DNA of 64,000 nucleotides from Dehalococcoidia bacterium (GTDB lineage Bacteria; Chloroflexota; Dehalococcoidia; UBA2979). Position 1 is the first letter of the stretch; every line of letters begins with the position of its first letter. The translations under genes and the position numbers were made by a program. Shown in pieces: positions 56,708 to 64,000 of the stretch. The notes under the pieces were generated by a model that was given only the letters and a program-made list of their open reading frames with translations, was not told the origin of the DNA and ran no database searches. The DNA is taken from NCBI GenBank assembly GCA_965219085.1, contig OZ244720.1:1632001-1696000 (forward strand), written 5' to 3'.

Positions 56708-58480
56708 ATGAGAACGCGCCTGGTAGTGGTCGCCGTCGTGGCCGGGATAGTGGCGCTGTCGGTCGGTGTCGTCTGGGCTACCAGTCACGACAGTACCGAG
56801 GTCCGCGTGACGGCCCGGCGGCTCAACAGCGGGCGGGTCGAGTTCGCGCTCCAGCAGCGCGAGCCCGATGGAGCGTGGGGCGATCGGATCCTGCCTACCC
56901 GGCGATTCTTCCCGCCGATCGCCGACGAGGGCCGGTGGCTCGTCTCGTCATCGGTCGAGCTGCCCATCCCCACTCCGGCGCCCAGCCCCATGCTCACCGT
57001 GGCCGAGTACATCGAGTGGTGCGGCGGCTACGCCGACTTCGAAGTGGTGGACCCGGAAGACGCGACGTGGGCGGACTCCCGAGGAGTACTGCTCGACGCA
57101 TTCGAGGAGGTGCTCGTCGATTTTCGACGCATCGAGCCCCCCGCCACGCTCCGCAAGTACCACAACTCGGTCTTTCTGATGCACGCGGCCTCCAGACCAT
57201 TCTTCGAAGTCATCGAAGAGGAGACGCTGTTCGAAGACGCGCAGGTAGCCGTCGCAATCCTCTTCGTCTTCGGCTCTTCCGTCACGGACGAGATCAGAGC
57301 CCTTCCAGATGACATCCGGGCGCAACTCACCGAGGCCGGTTGCATCGGGATACCCCGCGACTCCGCCGACTCCGCCGACTCCGATCCGTCGGACGAAACC
57401 GGCGAGGAACCACCGGTGACAGCAACCTCGACCGCAACCCCCACGCCAGATCCAGACCCTGAACCGCCGGCAGCGGGCGGCCCACAGTCCTGGCGCACCC
57501 TCGAACACGTGATCGCCCGCGACGAACTCTGGTGTGGCGTCAAGCAGACGCAACCCCTGTTCGGCTTCAAGGGGGCCGACGGGACCGTCACCGGCTTCGA
57601 CGTCGAGTTCTGCAAGGCGCTCGCTGCCGCCGTGCTGGGCGACGCGACGAAGGTCGAGTACGTGGACGCCTCGGACGCCTCGACGCGCTTCGAGATGCTG
57701 AACGAGGCCGTGATCGACGTGCTGATCCGCACGACCACCGTCACTGCTTCGCGAGACCGTGAGCTGGGCGTCGACTTTGCGCAGACGACCTTCTACACGG
57801 GGCAGGGCTTCCTGGTGCGCAAGGACTCGGGCTATCACTCCACGGCCGATATGGGCGACGCCACCATCTGCGTACAGACGGGCACGACGACCGAGCAGTA
57901 CCTGGCCGACCACTTCACCAAGATTGGCCTGAAGTACGACCCGAAAGGCGGTCTCAGCTCAGACGTCGCCGACGCATTCTTCTCCGGACGCTGTGACGTG
58001 CTGACGGCGGACGTTTCGGGCCTCGCCTCGCGGATCGCGCTACGCCAAGACGCGGCCGACTACCAGATTCTTCCGCTGCTGATCTCGAAGGAGCCGCTGG
58101 CGCCTGCCGTCCGCGACTACGACAGCGAGTGGAAGGACGTCGTCAACTGGGTCGTGCACGGTCTGATCGCGGCCGAGGAGCTGGGGATCACGCAGGCCAA
58201 CGTCGGCTCGCTCGCGGCGAACCCGCCGAACACCACGATCGCGCGCCTCCTCGGCGTCTCGTACAGGGGTGGCGAGGTTTCCGACCTGGGCTTTGGGCGC
58301 GTCAACGCGCAGTTCATCCAGCGAGCCATCGCGGCCGTCGGGAACTACGGCGAGATCTACGACCGAACCATCGGCGACTACATCCCGCGCGCGTGCTCGC
58401 TCAACGCGCTCGCCATCGACGACTCGGTCGACTGTCCGCCGGGTCAGGGCGGCATCCTCTACGCGCTGCCGTACCGCTAG
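56708..58480 (+). CDS. AapJ/BztA-like amino-acid ABC substrate-binding protein with a long N-terminal extension
   Basis: C-half: CGV, GFDVEFCKALAAAVLGD, RTTT.T.SRD, ISKEPLAP, VGNYGEIYDR, GGILYA.P.R. Confidence 0.85.
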   Translation: MRTRLVVVAVVAGIVALSVGVVWATSHDSTEVRVTARRLNSGRVEFALQQREPDGAWGDRILPTRRFFPPIADEGRWLVSSSVELPIPTPAPSPMLTVAEYIEWCGGYADFEVVDPEDATWADSRGVLLDAFEEVLVDFRRIEPPATLRKYHNSVFLMHAASRPFFEVIEEETLFEDAQVAVAILFVFGSSVTDEIRALPDDIRAQLTEAGCIGIPRDSADSADSDPSDETGEEPPVTATSTATPTPDPDPEPPAAGGPQSWRTLEHVIARDELWCGVKQTQPLFGFKGADGTVTGFDVEFCKALAAAVLGDATKVEYVDASDASTRFEMLNEAVIDVLIRTTTVTASRDRELGVDFAQTTFYTGQGFLVRKDSGYHSTADMGDATICVQTGTTTEQYLADHFTKIGLKYDPKGGLSSDVADAFFSGRCDVLTADVSGLASRIALRQDAADYQILPLLISKEPLAPAVRDYDSEWKDVVNWVVHGLIAAEELGITQANVGSLAANPPNTTIARLLGVSYRGGEVSDLGFGRVNAQFIQRAIAAVGNYGEIYDRTIGDYIPRACSLNALAIDDSVDCPPGQGGILYALPYR

Positions 58481-58574
58481 CGGCGAGCATCGACCACGCT
58501 CACCTCGCACGACCGTTCGGCGCGAGGTCGCCCTCGTGACCGTCAAGTGTGTGCCGGTCGAGTCCGAACCGGTA

Positions 58575-58763
58575 TCAGCCCACCGCGCGGATGATGACGG
58601 CCGTTGCGATAGCGATCGCCGCGATGATCGTCCCGGCGGCTCCGCCAACAGCCATCAGGAGCGTCGAGCGGAGCCGTTCGAGGTCGGCCTTGGTGGCGAG
58701 GTGCTCGTAGGCGCCCTCAAGCCGGGCAACGCGCTCACTGGTCGACCCCGTTTGCGCCACCAC
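58575..58763 (-). CDS. small coiled-coil plus TM protein (LATKADL motif, DUF1640-like)
   Basis: ERVARLEGAYEHLATKADLERL followed by a hydrophobic tail; GGAGG RBS. Confidence 0.7.
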   Translation of the reverse strand: MVAQTGSTSERVARLEGAYEHLATKADLERLRSTLLMAVGGAAGTIIAAIAIATAVIIRAVG

Positions 58764-58880
58764 GTCTCGCCTCCTCCGACAGAGTATACGAGACAGCCCG
58801 GCCTATATGGACATTTCTACGTATCGGATTTGTTGTACCGCGCACCGCACGGCGGTGTTGGCGCACGGGTTCGTGCGGGT

Positions 58881-60077
58881 TTAGAAGGGCCGCCCGGTCC
58901 CCTGGAGGAGCAACTCGAGGAATTCCGCTGCGCCCATCACCGGCAGGCCGTATCGGCGAGCCGTGCGTGCCTTGCCCGACTGGCTGGATGGATCTGCCGC
59001 AACAAGCAGATCACACCCCTTCTTCGTGACCGATGCGACTGGCTGCATGCCAGCCTGAGCCGCGCGCTCCTCGAGGAAGTGCCGCGAGAACGCGGTCCCA
59101 TCGACGACTACGTTCCCTGTGAAGCAAATGTGCATCCCCACTCGGAGGCTTGCCGACTCGGGAAGCTCTGTCACGGCTGGCAGTGTGACGTCGGTGATTT
59201 CGAGCGCACGCATGACCTGCTCGATGAGCCGTCGCTCGGCCTCCGTCACGATCCCATCTCGTTCAGCGGCAGCGATGATCGAAGCGAGGTAGGAGCGATG
59301 TGCCTCCTCGCGCATGGCGTCCGAGATGCCGAGACTCCCGGCGAACTCCTTCATCGCCGCGTGCTCTTCGTCGTCGATGTAGTGGTCGTCGAGCACCCAG
59401 TCGAGCGCGTCGAGGTAGAGGAGCAGCGCCTCGTCGGAGTACGGGTAGTGCGAGAGGGACACGATGCGCGCCATCTCGCTGATGCCGGCGTCCGCGCCCT
59501 CTCGGCGGAGCGTCCTCGGATTGGGAACCTGCGGCAGGTAGCCGACCGTGACTCCCTTGCCTTCCGACCTCGAGTCCGCGAGCACTTCGCGGGCCAAAGC
59601 GGCCGTCGCACGCGCATCGGCCAGGGCGCGGTGCTGGTGCGTCAGACGGATCCCGTGGCGGTCGCATGCCGCGACAAGCTTCTCCCCCGTCGCGCGGTAC
59701 GTGCAGAGACCGGAGCCGAGATTGAGCGCCGCGCCGAGCCGTTCGAACTCATAGCCCAACATCCGAGCGTCGAACGGCAGGTTGTGCGCGATCAAGACCG
59801 AGCCGTGGAGCCGGCGGGAGAGCGCGGCCGCTACCTCCGAGAAGACCGGCGCTGCCTCCACCATTGACGCTGTGATGCCGTGCAGCCCGGTCGGTCCGAC
59901 ATCGCGCTCGGGATTGATCAGCGTGTCGTACTCGTCGACCAGCTCCCAGGTTTGCGGGTCGAGCGTGACCGCCGCAATCTCGACGATGCGGTCGTGCTTC
60001 CCAAGTCCGGTCGTCTCGCAGTCGACGACGACGAGTGGCGGAAGCGCCGACGACCTCAGCAGGCTGCTAACGATTAC
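58881..60077 (-). CDS. DEDDh 3'-5' exonuclease with TerB-like and BRCT domains (start non-canonical/uncertain)
   Basis: In-frame upstream of ATG 59864: VVVDCETTG..HDRIVEIA...LINP...HGIT; then AHNLPFD, HRALADA, DGIVTEAER, CFTG...SVTKK.CDLLV...SGKA..ARRYG. Confidence 0.85.
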   Translation of the reverse strand, partial: VIVSSLLRSSALPPLVVVDCETTGLGKHDRIVEIAAVTLDPQTWELVDEYDTLINPERDVGPTGLHGITASMVEAAPVFSEVAAALSRRLHGSVLIAHNLPFDARMLGYEFERLGAALNLGSGLCTYRATGEKLVAACDRHGIRLTHQHRALADARATAALAREVLADSRSEGKGVTVGYLPQVPNPRTLRREGADAGISEMARIVSLSHYPYSDEALLLYLDALDWVLDDHYIDDEEHAAMKEFAGSLGISDAMREEAHRSYLASIIAAAERDGIVTEAERRLIEQVMRALEITDVTLPAVTELPESASLRVGMHICFTGNVVVDGTAFSRHFLEERAAQAGMQPVASVTKKGCDLLVAADPSSQSGKARTARRYGLPVMGAAEFLELLLQGTGRPF

Positions 60078-60104
60078 GGTCCCCTCTCGGCCGGCCCCCG
60101 GTCG

Positions 60105-61184
60105 CTAGTTGAACATCAGCACGGTGCGGGCCACCTCGCCCGCCTTCATCGCGCGGAACGCCTCGTTCACGTCCTCGAGGGCGCCGCGACGGGTGATCAT
60201 CTCGTCCAGCAGGAGCTTGCCCTGCAGGTACCAGTCGATGTACGCGGGCATGTCGATGCGGAAGCGGTTCGAGCCCATGCTCGAACCCTGCAGCGTCTTG
60301 CCGCCGAGCAGCGAGGGGCCATCGATCTCCACCGTCTGGCCCTGCGGGATCATGCCGATGATCGTCGCCGTGCCGCCGCGCCGGATCGACTCGTAGGCGG
60401 CCTCGGCCGCCGACTTCAGGCCGATCGCCTCGAAGCTGTAGTCCACCCCGCCCGGCACGATGCTCTGGATCGCCTGCACCGGGTCGCGCGAGGAGGCGTC
60501 GACGGAGTGCGTCGCGCCGAGCTCGCGCGCCGTGGCGAGCTTCGACTCGTGGATGTCGACGGCGATGATGGTGCGCGCGCCGCCGATGCGCGCGCCCTGG
60601 ATCGCGGACAGCCCGACGCCCCCCGCGCCGAAGACCGCGACCGTCGAGCCGGGCTCGATGGCGGCGGTGTTGAGCACCGCGCCGAGGCCCGTCGTGACGC
60701 CGCAGCCGATCAGCGCGGCGCGGTCGAACTCGATCTCCTTCTCGATCTTCACCAGCGCGTTCTGGTTGACCAGCATCTCCTCGGCGTACGTCGCGAGGCC
60801 CGCGAACTGCTGCACGCGGCCGCCCTTCCACGTCAGCGCCGGCTCCTCGCCGGGGCCCCGCACCGGACGGCGCGAGCACAGGAACGGCTCACCGCTGAGG
60901 CAGCGCTCGCACGTGCCGCAGAAGATCGACAGGCACGCGATGACGCGGTCGCCGGGGACGAACTCGGTGACCTGCGAGCCGACCGCCTCGACGACCCCGG
61001 CCGCCTCGTGGCCCAGCACGGCTGGCGTGGGCATGACGTAGAGCCCGTCGTAGAAGTGCACGTCGGAGTGGCACACGCCGCTCGCGGCCGTGCGCACGAC
61101 GACCTCGTCGGGGCGCGGCTCGTCGTGGTCGATGTCCTCGATGGTGAGTTGCTCGTGGGCGGCGTGGAAGACAGCGGCTTTCAT
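60105..61184 (-). CDS. Zn-dependent alcohol dehydrogenase (class III-like)
   Basis: GVCHSD, GHE, CGTCERC, GCGVTTG.GA, GAGGVG. Confidence 0.92.
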   Translation of the reverse strand: MKAAVFHAAHEQLTIEDIDHDEPRPDEVVVRTAASGVCHSDVHFYDGLYVMPTPAVLGHEAAGVVEAVGSQVTEFVPGDRVIACLSIFCGTCERCLSGEPFLCSRRPVRGPGEEPALTWKGGRVQQFAGLATYAEEMLVNQNALVKIEKEIEFDRAALIGCGVTTGLGAVLNTAAIEPGSTVAVFGAGGVGLSAIQGARIGGARTIIAVDIHESKLATARELGATHSVDASSRDPVQAIQSIVPGGVDYSFEAIGLKSAAEAAYESIRRGGTATIIGMIPQGQTVEIDGPSLLGGKTLQGSSMGSNRFRIDMPAYIDWYLQGKLLLDEMITRRGALEDVNEAFRAMKAGEVARTVLMFN

Positions 61185-61286
61185 CGGGCTCCTCTTCGTG
61201 CGCCCCGCATGTCCCGGCGAGGCGTCGCGGGCATGTTCGGGCACACCGCGAAGCGGTGTCTACCGCGCGAGGGGCCAAGCGCTCGC

Positions 61287-63371
<2,085 letters not shown>

Positions 63372-63459
63372 GGGGTGCTCCCGTCGATGCGTGGCCCCGC
63401 CGCCCGGCCTGTCGCGCCGGCGCGGGGGCTCACGGGATCATCGTAGCGTCCGGCGGTCG

Positions 63460-63960
63460 CTAGGCGGTGAGCGCCTGCATGACGGCGCCGAGGATGACGC
63501 CGTACACCGCGTGCGCACCCACCAGCATCGCCATCCGGCGCGCGCGGTCGCCCGGCTCGAGCGCGTCGAGGCGCTCCTGCAGGCCAATCGCCGGTACCCA
63601 GAACGCGAGCGCGACGACAGCGAGGACGAGCCCGTAGAGGAGACCCGCGACCCAGAGCCGCTCGTCCCACGCGGGGACGCGCAGCGTCCAGTCCGGGAGC
63701 GCCGTCGTCCAGTCGGAGACGCTGACGCTCCACCCCGGTACGCGCGCAGTGACGTAGGCGAAGACTCCGCCGAGGAGCGCGCCATAGCCGAGCTGGAGGA
63801 GCCCCCCGAGCGCGGCGTAGTCGCGCGCGTCGCCGCCGCTGATCCGTGCCAGCAGCAGGGACGGGTCGGGTGGCTCGGCGCGCATCTCGGGCGTCCGCAC
63901 CCAGAACATCACGGCCGCGCCGGCGAGCCCGCCGATGAGCCCCGCAATCACCTCGATCAT
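63460..63960 (-). CDS. hypothetical membrane protein
   Basis: Four hydrophobic segments; GAHAVYGVILG C-terminus. Confidence 0.65.
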   Translation of the reverse strand: MIEVIAGLIGGLAGAAVMFWVRTPEMRAEPPDPSLLLARISGGDARDYAALGGLLQLGYGALLGGVFAYVTARVPGWSVSVSDWTTALPDWTLRVPAWDERLWVAGLLYGLVLAVVALAFWVPAIGLQERLDALEPGDRARRMAMLVGAHAVYGVILGAVMQALTA

Positions 63961-64000
63961 CGCGCGCTCACCCGCTCGCGCCTACCACAGCCGCCGCAGG

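Noticed and set aside
60105-60107. Pyrrolysine/amber readthrough fusing ADH to the exonuclease
   Set aside because: The ADH ends at its normal C-terminus, the fusion makes no functional sense and there are no pyl genes in the window.

Overview
GC-rich bacterial chromosomal window. The gene set, T-box-controlled ileS and GAAC-N4-GTTC SOS box suggest Chloroflexota (Dehalococcoidia-like); this is an inference. Most of it is housekeeping: proB/proA, ileS, murJ, rpsT, rimO, scpB, thpR, fabF, folC, a heterodimeric ABC exporter, yqeK, pepN and SURF1. Accessory elements are three intact type II toxin-antitoxin pairs, an IS5 plus a truncated copy, two IS481 elements and a nitrate-assimilation cluster (nirA-narB-narK) whose promoters carry phased 11-bp pentamer arrays. 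The most striking feature is a tightly coupled 7-gene minus-strand operon (32561-36585). It encodes an intact large terminase, a probable small terminase, an SPP1-type portal, a Cys4-HTH protein and small membrane proteins, but no integrase, capsid, tail or replication genes. It has host-like composition and a LexA-type box inside its predicted promoter. It is a candidate domesticated, SOS-inducible DNA-packaging (gene-transfer-agent-like) module. A second candidate system is a lower-GC pair (10882-12517) of a UDG-fold-like protein and an unknown, possibly nucleotide-modification-associated protein. All product calls come from motif recognition by eye; no searches were run.
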